Assembly (NCBI GenBank): GCA_964371555.1
Contig: CAYJMQ010000001.1
Location: 10,882 to 72,542 of the forward strand
Length of the DNA: 61,661 bases
DNA from: an uncultured bacterium
Lineage (GTDB): Bacteria; Bdellovibrionota; JACOXK01; 2-02-FULL-40-11
Reading direction: 5' to 3'
Shown here: in pieces, positions 35,770 to 44,953 of the stretch
Layout: the number at the start of each line of letters is the position of its first letter
How positions within the stretch are numbered: the stretch's first letter is position 1
The notes under the pieces: model-generated
What the model saw: the letters and a program-made list of their open reading frames with translations, nothing else
Databases searched by the model: none
What the model was told of the DNA's origin: nothing
Translations under genes and position numbers: made by a program

Positions 35770-37058
35770 ACGAAAGAATTTTACTCCTGATTTCTACCAC
35801 AAGCTACCGAACACATGCCTTTGTTGCGGCTGCCAGTCGATTGGGGCTTTCGATGACTGTCTGTTCTGAACGGCCGAGTACTTTGCAGGCGAAGAATCCG
35901 CAAGGTTTTATCACAGCAGATTTTTTAAATCCTGAATCATTGACAAAAGTGGTTTTTGAATTTTCAAAAAAATATCCGATTGACGCTGTGATGGGTGTGG
36001 ATGATCAGACAGTCATTCCAGCCGCTCAGATTGCGGAGGTGTTGTCGTTAAAGCACAACCCAGTTTCTGCTGTTTATGCGACACGAAACAAGTATGAAAT
36101 GCGCAAACGGTTGGAAGGACATCTCCCTAGTCCCCGTTTTGGGCTCTTCACATTTTATGATGATGCCGCAAAAGTCGCTTCCTCGTTAGGTTTCCCCTGT
36201 GTCATTAAGCCGCTGTCATTGTCTCAAAGTCGTGGTGTGATGAGAGCGGATGATTTAGAAGATCTGAAAGGTAAAATCGCCCGATTGAAGAAAATTCTTT
36301 CCGATTCGTCGCCAGGTGTGGGCGAATGTTTTGAGAGTTATCTTGTTGAAGAATTTATTCCGGGAAAAGAGATAGCTGTGGAGGGATTGCTGATAAATGG
36401 AGAGCTTCGTATTCTTGCCATTTTTGATAAGCCTGATTCCCTGGATGGCCCCTATTTTGAAGAGACGATATATTTAACCCCAACTGAGCTCTCTCTTTCC
36501 ATCCAGGAACAAATTTCTGAAATAACTTCAAAAATTGTTTCCTTACTTGGCCTTTTTGAAGGGCCGATCCATGCAGAGTTTCGTCTGAATGAAAAGGGTA
36601 TCTATCTGATTGAGATAGCAGCGCGATCGATGGGCGGATTTTGTTCGAGCGTGTTGCGATTTGTGAAAAGTAAAGAAGAAGATCCTATCTCTTTGGAGGA
36701 GCTGATCTTTAGACAAAAACTTGGGAGGCAAAAACTTGGAATGGAAACGGAAGGGTATGAAAGAGAGAAAGATGCTGCGGGTGTTTTGATGATTCCTATT
36801 TCCAAAAGAGGGATTTTAAGGGGTGTTCATGGGAAAGAAACTGCAAGGGCTGTTCCAGGCATTGTTGATATGATCATCTCACTCAAGGAAGGAGAAGAAC
36901 TTATTCCACTTCCCGAGGGGGGACGATATCTTGGCTTTATATTTGCCCGTGGGAGAGCCCGTGGGAAAGCCCATGGGAAAGCCCATGGGAAAGAAAGAAG
37001 AGCGGTAGAACTTGCGCTTCGAGAAGCCCATTCGAAACTTGAGATATTGACCTGCTAA
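35766..37058 (+). CDS. ATP-grasp domain enzyme (carboxylate-amine ligase-like), substrate unknown
   Basis: The pattern NKYEMRKRLE...FPCVIKPLSLSQSRGV...LVEEFIPGKEIAVEG...IEIAARSMGG is typical of ATP-grasp folds. ATGA overlap with the nfu-like gene. Confidence 0.75.
   Translation: MNERILLLISTTSYRTHAFVAAASRLGLSMTVCSERPSTLQAKNPQGFITADFLNPESLTKVVFEFSKKYPIDAVMGVDDQTVIPAAQIAEVLSLKHNPVSAVYATRNKYEMRKRLEGHLPSPRFGLFTFYDDAAKVASSLGFPCVIKPLSLSQSRGVMRADDLEDLKGKIARLKKILSDSSPGVGECFESYLVEEFIPGKEIAVEGLLINGELRILAIFDKPDSLDGPYFEETIYLTPTELSLSIQEQISEITSKIVSLLGLFEGPIHAEFRLNEKGIYLIEIAARSMGGFCSSVLRFVKSKEEDPISLEELIFRQKLGRQKLGMETEGYEREKDAAGVLMIPISKRGILRGVHGKETARAVPGIVDMIISLKEGEELIPLPEGGRYLGFIFARGRARGKAHGKAHGKERRAVELALREAHSKLEILTC
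36711..36740 (+). repeat. 15-bp tandem duplication inside the ATP-grasp gene (encodes RQKLGRQKLG)
   Basis: AGACAAAAACTTGGG AGGCAAAAACTTGGA. Confidence 0.85.
36945..36992 (+). repeat. 12-bp tandem repeat x4 inside the ATP-grasp gene (encodes ARGRARGKAHGKAHGK)
   Basis: GCCCGTGGGAGA GCCCGTGGGAAA GCCCATGGGAAA GCCCATGGGAAA. Confidence 0.9.
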
Positions 37059-37612
37059 AAATACCACCCGGCGCCGAGTCCTCCATATGGGACCGCTTTC
37101 ACATTGGAAAGTGAGAGAAGAAAGCTAAATTCCGCAAAGATTGCAAGGCCGGAATCAGAGAGATAATGAGCGCCTATGGAAAGCGGGAGAATGACAATTC
37201 CATTTTTAAGTTTTGTTCCATCGTCTTTTACCATTCCCAGTTTTATTGCCTGTTCAGATTTCTGCGCGATTTTTTCACCGGAAGCGGCGCTTCTCCAATA
37301 AGCGAGACCGGAACCGAGGTAAGGTGTAAAGGGTTGATCGAGCACAAGATATTTGGCTTGGGCGGTATATGTATCGAAATGGATTCCCGATCCCAAACCG
37401 ATTCCCGCATTTACAAGCGAATACCAGTTGAAATCGGCTGTAAGGCCAATAATCCCTAAGGGGCCGCCGACCATCGTTCCAACGCCGAATGTGTAATCAT
37501 CGCGTGGGTTAAACGACAGCTGGGGTTCTTTAGAGTCTTGAGAATCTGCGGCGAAGGTGTGGAGTGCGATTGTAAAAAGGGATAGGAACAAAACGATTTT
37601 TAAATTTTCCAT
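37055..37612 (-). CDS. Small outer-membrane beta-barrel protein
   Basis: Signal peptide MENLKIVLFLSLFTIALHTFA, Gly/aromatic-rich strands, and C-terminal GAGWYF. Confidence 0.7.
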   Translation of the reverse strand: MENLKIVLFLSLFTIALHTFAADSQDSKEPQLSFNPRDDYTFGVGTMVGGPLGIIGLTADFNWYSLVNAGIGLGSGIHFDTYTAQAKYLVLDQPFTPYLGSGLAYWRSAASGEKIAQKSEQAIKLGMVKDDGTKLKNGIVILPLSIGAHYLSDSGLAIFAEFSFLLSLSNVKAVPYGGLGAGWYF

Positions 37613-37702
37613 TAAGATGTCTTTTTATAACATTTTGTTTTACAGGGGAGCAAGCCATTTTCCTCTGGAAAATGATTTTCGGCTTAGGTATAAGAAAACG
37701 AT

Positions 37703-38623
37703 ATGAAAAAACAACTGGCGGTTTTCTTTTTCTGTTCTTCAGCGCTCATGCTTTCCTCCTGCTCTTTTAAATCTATCGCATTGAATATCACCGCGGATCT
37801 CTTTGAAGAGGGGCAGTCGGCGTTTGAAGAAGAGAGTGATCTTCAATTGGCCGAGCAATCGATGGGGGCGAATTTAAAGGTGCTTGAAGCGCTTCTTAAG
37901 TCATCTCCTGATCATGAGGGATTGCTTGTCCTTCTTTCAAAAAGCTATGGGGGGTATTCGTTTGCGTTTGTTGAGGATGCTTATGATGAATTAAAAACAG
38001 AAAATGAAACCAGGGCCGGTTTTCATAAAGAGCGCGCAAGCCGCTTCTATCTGCGCGCAAGGAATTTTTCTTTTAGGGTTCTTAAAGAGGATGCCGATTT
38101 TAAAAATGCGTTAGAGAGAGATTTTTCCACTTTTGCCACTTTTGAAAGATCTCTTGCGAATTTTGACCGTGACGATGTGCCGGCACTTTTTTGGACCGCC
38201 TACAATTGGGGGAACTGGATTAATCTCAATCTTCATTCACCTGCTGCGATTGCCGATGCCCCGAGGGTTGAACGTCTGATGAATCGTGTTTTGGATCTCG
38301 ATGAAAACTATTTCTTTGCGGGTCCGCATATTTTTTATGGAGTCTATTATGGCGGACGCCCCCCTATGCTGGGTGGAAATCCTTCAAAAGCGAGGAATCA
38401 TTTTGAAAAGGCGTTAAAACTTGCCAAAAGAAAGATCCTGATCACGCAGGTTCTTTACGCGCAGTATTATGCGCTTCCCACCGGAAATGAAGAGCTCTTT
38501 GAAGGATTATTGGGCGAAGTTATCAAGGCCGACGATCAGATCTATCCTGAACAGAATTTAATCACGCAGCTTGCCAAGAAAAAAGCGAGAAGACTTCTTG
38601 CAAGAAAGAGTGATTTATTTTAA
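37703..38623 (+). CDS. TRAP transporter TatT-component-like TPR lipoprotein
   Basis: Lipobox ALMLSSC and helical-repeat composition. Lies immediately upstream of the dctP-like gene, as in the TPR-protein-associated TRAP transporters described in Treponema. Confidence 0.6.
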   Translation: MKKQLAVFFFCSSALMLSSCSFKSIALNITADLFEEGQSAFEEESDLQLAEQSMGANLKVLEALLKSSPDHEGLLVLLSKSYGGYSFAFVEDAYDELKTENETRAGFHKERASRFYLRARNFSFRVLKEDADFKNALERDFSTFATFERSLANFDRDDVPALFWTAYNWGNWINLNLHSPAAIADAPRVERLMNRVLDLDENYFFAGPHIFYGVYYGGRPPMLGGNPSKARNHFEKALKLAKRKILITQVLYAQYYALPTGNEELFEGLLGEVIKADDQIYPEQNLITQLAKKKARRLLARKSDLF

Positions 38624-38647
38624 CAGAATAAGGGTGACAGGAGGCAA

Positions 38648-39694
38648 ATGAAGGTGAAGCAGTTTCTGAAACTGAAGGCATTGTTTCTGATCTTTTTAGA
38701 TCTTTGGCTTATGTTGATGTCTCAAGACCTTTTGGCGCTGCATAAAGCAAAATCCCAGAAAATCAAACTTTCGATTTTAGCCCCTGAAGGCTCTACCTGG
38801 ATGAACATTATGCATGAGTTCAACAAAGAGCTCAAAGAACGGACAAACGGAGGGCTGGAGTTTAAAATTTATGCGGGGGGGGTGTCGGGTGACGAGTCGG
38901 ATGTCATACGAAAAATGAGGATTGGTCAGATTCACGCGGGGGGATTTACGGGAGTCGGGCTTGGTCAGATTGTTTCTGATGTGCGCGTTCTTGAGCTTCC
39001 TTTTATTTTCCGTGAGGCGGATGAAGTCGATTTTGTAACCTCTGTTTTAAAAAAAGAGTTTGAAAAAAAATTTGAAGAGAAGGGATTTATTTTTTTGGGA
39101 TGGGCTGAGGCCGGGTTTGTAAATATTTTTTCTACAAAGCCTTTGAAAACAGCCAAAGATCTTCAAAAGGCCAAGATGTGGGCATGGGAGGGGGATCCCC
39201 TTGTGAAAGCCCTTTGCAAAGAGTTTGATATTGTTCCCGTGCCGCTTTCCATCACAGATGTCTTAACCTCGCTTCAGACAGGTTTGATCGATTCGTTTTA
39301 CGCCCCCCCCCTTGCCGCGATCGCGCTTCAGTGGTTTACGAAGGTAAAGTATATGACACAACCGTATCTGGCCAATGCGACGGGCGCTATGGTGATGACA
39401 AAGAAATTTCATGATCAGATTCCAAAGCAGAACCAACAAATTTTAAAAGAAGTGGCCGATAAATATTCAAAAAGAATCATTGAGGCGACACGAAAAGATA
39501 ACCAGGAGTCGTATCAGCAGCTTAAAAAACAGGGGATCGAATTTGTGACAATCGCGCCGAACGAACTTGAAGAGATGACAAAGACGAGCTTGAAAGTGCA
39601 GAGCGCGTTGATTGATCGTCTCTACCCCAAAGAACTTTTAGAGAAAGTCCTTTCAAAAATCCGGGAATATCGAAAAAGCAAAGTTCAATCATGA
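38648..39694 (+). CDS. dctP: TRAP transporter substrate-binding protein (DctP family)
   Basis: About 350 aa periplasmic protein with a DctP-type N-terminus (KLSILAPEGSTWMN), followed by the Q and M genes. Confidence 0.8.
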   Translation: MKVKQFLKLKALFLIFLDLWLMLMSQDLLALHKAKSQKIKLSILAPEGSTWMNIMHEFNKELKERTNGGLEFKIYAGGVSGDESDVIRKMRIGQIHAGGFTGVGLGQIVSDVRVLELPFIFREADEVDFVTSVLKKEFEKKFEEKGFIFLGWAEAGFVNIFSTKPLKTAKDLQKAKMWAWEGDPLVKALCKEFDIVPVPLSITDVLTSLQTGLIDSFYAPPLAAIALQWFTKVKYMTQPYLANATGAMVMTKKFHDQIPKQNQQILKEVADKYSKRIIEATRKDNQESYQQLKKQGIEFVTIAPNELEEMTKTSLKVQSALIDRLYPKELLEKVLSKIREYRKSKVQS

Positions 39695-40191
39695 AGTGGA
39701 CAAAGGCTCTTAATGATAGAATTTCCAGGGTTGAAAGTGTTCTGCTTGTGACCATTGTGCTTTTTATGATTGTGCTTTCGTTTCTTCAGGTGGTTCTCCG
39801 GAATTTTTTTTCCGGTGGTATTACCTGGGCCGATGTTTGTCTTAGAAATCTTGTGCTTTGGGTCGGTTTTATAGGGGCGTCACTCGCAACAAAGGAAAAT
39901 CGGCATATTACGGTCGATGTGGTTACAAAGTTTGTTTCCCCGCTTTTACGGGAAATTGCGGATCTCCTTGCGAGCGCCGTCTCTGTCATCATCGGTTTTA
40001 TCTTCGTCTATGCGTCTGTCCGTTTTGTGATTTCAGAATACAAGGCAGAGACGATCGCATTCTTGGGGATCCCTTTCTGGGTTGTTCAGATGATTATCCC
40101 ATTTGGCTTTTCAATGATTACTTTCCGTTTTGTGCTGAAGGTCATTGAGGATATCGAAGATCTGAGAATCCAATTGAAAGGCTCCAGGTGA
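39691..40191 (+). CDS. dctQ: TRAP transporter small permease (DctQ family)
   Basis: 166 aa with 4 TM segments and 4-nt overlaps on both sides. Confidence 0.8.
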   Translation: MKWTKALNDRISRVESVLLVTIVLFMIVLSFLQVVLRNFFSGGITWADVCLRNLVLWVGFIGASLATKENRHITVDVVTKFVSPLLREIADLLASAVSVIIGFIFVYASVRFVISEYKAETIAFLGIPFWVVQMIIPFGFSMITFRFVLKVIEDIEDLRIQLKGSR

Positions 40192-41468
40192 TATTTCTCC
40201 TTGTGGGAGTTTCTCTTGTTCTTCTGGCGCTATTGGGCGCCCCCCTTTTTGCTGTCATTGGGGCAGCCGCCTTTTTTGCATTCCATTGGGTCGAGATTGA
40301 TATCTCCGCGGTGATCATTGAAATGTATCGCATCGCTTCGGCGCCGATGCTCCTTACGATTCCCCTTTTTACCTTTGCCGGATATGTCATGTCTGAAAGT
40401 GGAACCCCGAAGCGATTTGTAGAGCTTGCAAAAGCGATTGTCGGCTGGATGCCAGGGGGCATTGCGATTGTTTCGCTCCTTACATGCGCTTTTTTTACAG
40501 CCTTCACGGGCGCCTCTGGCGTGACGATTATTGCCCTGGGGGGATTTCTTTATCCGATTCTTATCTCTGAAAGATATTCTGAGAAATTCAGCCTCGGTCT
40601 TGTGACAACCTGCGGGAGTTTGGGGCTTCTCTTTCCGCCGTCGCTTCCGTTGATTTTATATGGATTGGTAGCCCAGGTCAGTATTGATCAGCTTTTTGTT
40701 GCCGGTATTTTTCCGGGCATACTTTTAATTATTCTTCTTTCTCTCTACAGCATGAAAAAGGGGATCTCTTTTCATGTGAAGAGGTCGCCTTTTGTCTTTA
40801 AAGAACTGATTCGAACATTTCGCGCGGCGATCTGGGAAGTCCCTCTCCCTTTCCTGATTTTGGGAGGGATTTACAGCGGCTTTATTACCGCAACGGAGGC
40901 TGCCGCGTTTGCCGCTTTTTATGTTCTCATTGTAGAGGCGTTTATCTATCAAGACGTCAGTTTAACATCGGATCTTCCAAGAATTATTCGGGAGAGCATG
41001 GTTTTAGTCGGCTCGATTCTCATTATTTTGGGATCAGCCCTGGGTCTGACCAATTATCTGATCGATGAGCAGATTCCGATGAAGATTCTCGAATTCATGA
41101 AGGTGTACGTCTCTGACAAAATCACATTTCTTATTGTGCTCAATATCTTTCTTCTGATTGTTGGATGTATTATGGATATTTTTTCCGCTATTGTCGTTGT
41201 GGTTCCGATGATTGTTCCGGTTGCGAGAGTTTTTGAGGTCGATCCGATTCATCTTGCGATTATTTTTCTGACGAATCTCGAGATTGGCTACCTGACCCCT
41301 CCGGTCGGGATCAATCTCTTTATTTCGTCGATGCGATTTCGAAAGCCCGTAACTTCTCTCTACCGTGTGTCTTTTCCGTTCCTGATGGTGCTGCTTCTTG
41401 CGCTTATCATTATTACTTATGTCCCGGATCTGTCGCTTTCGCTCGTGCGGTGGCTGGGGTTAAGGTAG
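40188..41468 (+). CDS. dctM: TRAP transporter large permease (DctM family)
   Basis: 426 aa polytopic protein with typical DctM segments (FTGASGVTIIALG; PPVGINLF). Confidence 0.9.
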   Translation: MIFLLVGVSLVLLALLGAPLFAVIGAAAFFAFHWVEIDISAVIIEMYRIASAPMLLTIPLFTFAGYVMSESGTPKRFVELAKAIVGWMPGGIAIVSLLTCAFFTAFTGASGVTIIALGGFLYPILISERYSEKFSLGLVTTCGSLGLLFPPSLPLILYGLVAQVSIDQLFVAGIFPGILLIILLSLYSMKKGISFHVKRSPFVFKELIRTFRAAIWEVPLPFLILGGIYSGFITATEAAAFAAFYVLIVEAFIYQDVSLTSDLPRIIRESMVLVGSILIILGSALGLTNYLIDEQIPMKILEFMKVYVSDKITFLIVLNIFLLIVGCIMDIFSAIVVVVPMIVPVARVFEVDPIHLAIIFLTNLEIGYLTPPVGINLFISSMRFRKPVTSLYRVSFPFLMVLLLALIIITYVPDLSLSLVRWLGLR

Positions 41469-41514
41469 TAAGCTTTTTTCCATTCGGGAAAAAAGCGCGC
41501 AGTATAAATTATAA

Positions 41515-41543
41515 GACAAACCATTTCGAAGAAATGGTTTGTC
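41515..41543. terminator. Palindromic hairpin GACAAACCATTTC-GAA-GAAATGGTTTGTC; second member of the REP-like family (see 399-427)
   Basis: Lies between the convergent dctM and livF 3' ends. Has the same core as copy 1 in opposite orientation, with paired substitutions that keep the stem. Confidence 0.5.
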
Positions 41544-41549
41544 GACCTT

Positions 41550-42266
41550 TTATTCCCCCAAATACGCCTTCTTAACTTCTGGATTATCCAACAAATCGCC
41601 TGCCTTTCCTTCAAGCACAATTTTTCCAGTCTCCAGCACATACGCCTTATGAGCGATATGGAGCGCTTTGTTTGCGTTCTGTTCAACCAAAAGAATTGTC
41701 GTTCCGTCCTGATTGATCATCTGAATGACTTTAAAGATCTGGGTAATAATTTGTGGCGCCAGCCCCAGTGAGGGCTCATCAAGCAGCAAAAGTTTGGGGC
41801 GGGCCATGAGCGCTCTTGAAATCGTAAGCATTTGCTGTTCACCCCCCGAGAGGGTGCCTCCCAATTGTTTTCTTCGCTGTTTTAAAATCGGAAAAAGTTC
41901 AAAAACATATTCTTTGTCTTTCCTTATTCCTTCTTTCCCCTTCCTGACATAAGCCCCCATTTCGAGATTGTCTTCAACAGAGAGATTCGAAAAAATTCCC
42001 CGTCCCTCGGGGGACTGCGAGATCCCCGCGCGAACAATCAGATGGGGTTTAAGAACGCAAATGTCTTTTCCATCGAAAAAAATTTTTCCTGTCCTGGGCC
42101 TGAGAATTCCAGAAACAGTCCGAAGGGTTGTGCTCTTGCCAGCCCCGTTGGAACCGATCAGCGTAACAATTTCTCCCTGATTGACGGAGATTGAAATTCC
42201 TTTTAAAGCGGTGATCTCGCCATAAGCGACGACGATATTCTCTATTTTTAATATCTCGACCGCCAT
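41550..42266 (-). CDS. livF: Branched-chain amino acid ABC transporter ATP-binding protein LivF
   Basis: Walker A GSNGAGKST, signature LSGGEQQ, and C-terminal EVKKAYLGE. Start at MAVEILKIE. The longer ORF to 42374 overlaps livG. Confidence 0.9.
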   Translation of the reverse strand: MAVEILKIENIVVAYGEITALKGISISVNQGEIVTLIGSNGAGKSTTLRTVSGILRPRTGKIFFDGKDICVLKPHLIVRAGISQSPEGRGIFSNLSVEDNLEMGAYVRKGKEGIRKDKEYVFELFPILKQRRKQLGGTLSGGEQQMLTISRALMARPKLLLLDEPSLGLAPQIITQIFKVIQMINQDGTTILLVEQNANKALHIAHKAYVLETGKIVLEGKAGDLLDNPEVKKAYLGE

Positions 42267-42268
42267 TT

Positions 42269-43030
42269 CTATTCTCCCAGATAAGCCTTGATCACAAGCG
42301 GATTTGACTGAATTTCCTTTGGACGGCCGCTGGCAATCGTTTCTCCATGATCCAGCACAAGAATTCGTTCGCAAATTCCCATGACGAGCTTCATATCGTG
42401 TTCAATCAGCAAAATGGTTAAATCAAATTTTTGGCGGATCTCTTGAATGGTTTTCATGAGCTCTTCTGTTTCTTTATGATTGAGTCCGGCCGCCGGTTCA
42501 TCTAAAAGAAGAATCTTTGGTTTCGTTGCGAGCGCGCGAAGAATTTCCAGTTTTCTTTGGTCGCCATAAGGAAGATTTTTTGACAAGAAATCAGCCTTTC
42601 CCTCGAGATGGAAGATTTTTAGGAGCCTTATCGCGTCGTTTCGAATTTCTTCTTCCTCGGATTTAAAGCGCTGCAATTTAGCCGCCATTGCGAAGATGCT
42701 ATGCTTCATATGAATGTGATGTCCGAGCCTGATGTTATCGATCACGGAAAGGTTTTTAAAGAGACGGATGTTTTGAAAAGTTCTTGCAATGCCGCGCGCC
42801 GTAATATGATGGGGTTTAAGTTCATTCAGAATCTCGGTATTGAGTGAAATTTCCCCGCAAGATGGGCGCAAGACCCCTGTCAGCATATTGAAAACGGTTG
42901 TTTTTCCGGCGCCGTTTGGGCCAATGAGTCCGACAAGTTCGTGTTCTCTCAAGTCTAAATTGAAATTTGAGACGGCGACAAGCCCTGCGAATCTCATGGT
43001 AAGGGACTCTGTCTTAAGGAGTGTCGTCAT
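42269..43030 (-). CDS. livG: Branched-chain amino acid ABC transporter ATP-binding protein LivG
   Basis: Walker A GPNGAGKTT, LPYGDQRKLEI, and C-terminal VIKAYLGE. Confidence 0.9.
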   Translation of the reverse strand: MTTLLKTESLTMRFAGLVAVSNFNLDLREHELVGLIGPNGAGKTTVFNMLTGVLRPSCGEISLNTEILNELKPHHITARGIARTFQNIRLFKNLSVIDNIRLGHHIHMKHSIFAMAAKLQRFKSEEEEIRNDAIRLLKIFHLEGKADFLSKNLPYGDQRKLEILRALATKPKILLLDEPAAGLNHKETEELMKTIQEIRQKFDLTILLIEHDMKLVMGICERILVLDHGETIASGRPKEIQSNPLVIKAYLGE

Positions 43031-44058
43031 CTCAATCCCTTTCGTTTAAACGGCCAGATATCGTAAAATTCCTTTTGACCCAAAAGCCCTGCCGGACGGG
43101 TGAGCATGAGGGCGATGAGAAGGAGCGGGTAGATGACCATCCGAACGTCGATTTTCGTCAGCTCCTGAAGCGGGCGGAGGGCTTCCGGCAGAATCGTTGT
43201 GATGATGGCTGCCACAACAGATCCTGTGATCGATCCCATTCCGCCGAGAATCACAATAATAATCGCTTCAAATGATTTTATAAATGTGAACGAGCTCGGA
43301 TTTAAATAAACGAGAAAGTGAGCCAGCAGTCCGCCGGATATTCCCGCGAAAAAAGAACTAAAAATAAAGGCTTTCACCTTGTAGGCGGTAACATTGATTC
43401 CTATCGATTCGGCCGCTATCTCGTCTTCGCGAATCGAAAGAAGCGCCCTGCCATGGTATGATTTAAGCATCCGAAAACAGGTGATCACAAGAACCGCGGC
43501 AAAAAAATAGATCCAGAAAAAGTTAGCCCACGGGGGGATGCCGGTAAACCCTCTCGCCCCTCCCAAAAAATCCATATTGAGAATCATCACACGGATGATT
43601 TCACCAAACCCGAGAGTGACAATTCCCAGGTAATCCCCGCGAAGTTTTAGCGAAGGGAGTCCTACGAGATAACCGGCTATGGCAGCCATAAAGCCGCCGA
43701 TTAAGACGGAGATAACAAAAAGGGATTGCTGAGCCGCCATGGCTATCATGCTCCCCTCTGTTGTCAGAGATGACATAAGGGGACTGAATAAATAGAAGCT
43801 CAGCGCGGCTGAAGTATAGGCGCCGATAGCCATGAATCCGGCATGCCCCATCGAAAATTGTCCGGTCAGGCCGTTAATGACATTGAGACTGACCCCCATA
43901 ATGATATTGATGCCGCAATAAATGAGAATCATATAAAGGTAGGGATTGAGAATGGTTGGAAGGGTCTGATTTGCGATCAGAAGAGCCGAACATATAACAA
44001 AAAATAGAAGGGACTGTCTCGCCATCCGCTTAAACCTTTTCAGCTGTTGTTTTTCCAA
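43027..44058 (-). CDS. livM: Branched-chain amino acid ABC transporter permease LivM
   Basis: Polytopic LivM-type permease. An alternative start at 44025 (MARQSLL) would avoid the 29-nt overlap with livH. Confidence 0.85.
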   Translation of the reverse strand: MEKQQLKRFKRMARQSLLFFVICSALLIANQTLPTILNPYLYMILIYCGINIIMGVSLNVINGLTGQFSMGHAGFMAIGAYTSAALSFYLFSPLMSSLTTEGSMIAMAAQQSLFVISVLIGGFMAAIAGYLVGLPSLKLRGDYLGIVTLGFGEIIRVMILNMDFLGGARGFTGIPPWANFFWIYFFAAVLVITCFRMLKSYHGRALLSIREDEIAAESIGINVTAYKVKAFIFSSFFAGISGGLLAHFLVYLNPSSFTFIKSFEAIIIVILGGMGSITGSVVAAIITTILPEALRPLQELTKIDVRMVIYPLLLIALMLTRPAGLLGQKEFYDIWPFKRKGLR

Positions 44059-44932
44059 AAATTCCCGCGGGTCTTACAAGAAGAATCAGAATCAAAAGAC
44101 AGAATGCGAGCGCGTCCCGATAGGTTGAAGAAAAATAGCCGACCACCATTTCTTCTGAAAGTCCCATAATCAGGGCGCCAACAATGGCGCCCGGAATATT
44201 TCCGATGCCGCCGAAAACAGCCGCAACAAACGCTTTAAGACCAAATAAAAGCCCCATCAGCGGGTCGATACGCGGATAGGCGAGTCCGACTAAAATCCCC
44301 GCCGCCGCGGCGAGCGATGATCCCAAAACAAATGTAAATGCGATAATCCGGTCGACATCAATTCCCATAAGCGACGCGTTCTCATGACTAAAAGAGACCG
44401 ACCGCATCGCTTTTCCGACCTTTGTTCGATAGATGATAAATTGTAAAATCATCATGAGGCTCAAAGAGACCGAAACCACAATGACCTGATAGTTGCTGAT
44501 TTCAATATTGCCGAAGCTTAAGAGCGTTGTTCTTTGAATGAGCTCAGGAAAAACTTTGGGATCTGCGCCAAAAATCAACTGCCCCCCATTTTCAAGAAGG
44601 AGCGAAACGCCGATTGCGGTAATCAGGAGATTCAGTCTCGGTTGTTTCCGCAATGGCCGATAGGCGAATCGTTCAATCGTCATTCCGAGAAGCGCGCAGG
44701 CTGCCATCGCAAGAATAAGAATAAGGAGCAATGTGAGGAGAGAAGGGGAGTGCAGCAATCCCAGCCAGTGGGCAAAAAAGAATCCAAAGAAAGCCCCCAT
44801 CATATAAACATCGCCATGCGCGAAATTAATGAGGTTTAGAATTCCATAGACCATTGTGTATCCAATGGCCACCAGTCCATAGATACTCCCCAGCGAAACC
44901 CCGTTTATGATGTGCTGAAGAAATTCTTCCAA
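44030..44932 (-). CDS. livH: Branched-chain amino acid ABC transporter permease LivH
   Basis: N-terminus MEEFLQHIINGVSLGSIYGLVAIGYTMVYGIL is typical of LivH. Confidence 0.9.
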   Translation of the reverse strand: MEEFLQHIINGVSLGSIYGLVAIGYTMVYGILNLINFAHGDVYMMGAFFGFFFAHWLGLLHSPSLLTLLLILILAMAACALLGMTIERFAYRPLRKQPRLNLLITAIGVSLLLENGGQLIFGADPKVFPELIQRTTLLSFGNIEISNYQVIVVSVSLSLMMILQFIIYRTKVGKAMRSVSFSHENASLMGIDVDRIIAFTFVLGSSLAAAAGILVGLAYPRIDPLMGLLFGLKAFVAAVFGGIGNIPGAIVGALIMGLSEEMVVGYFSSTYRDALAFCLLILILLVRPAGIFGKTTAEKV

Positions 44933-44953
44933 GGGTTTGCTGGTTCCTTATGC

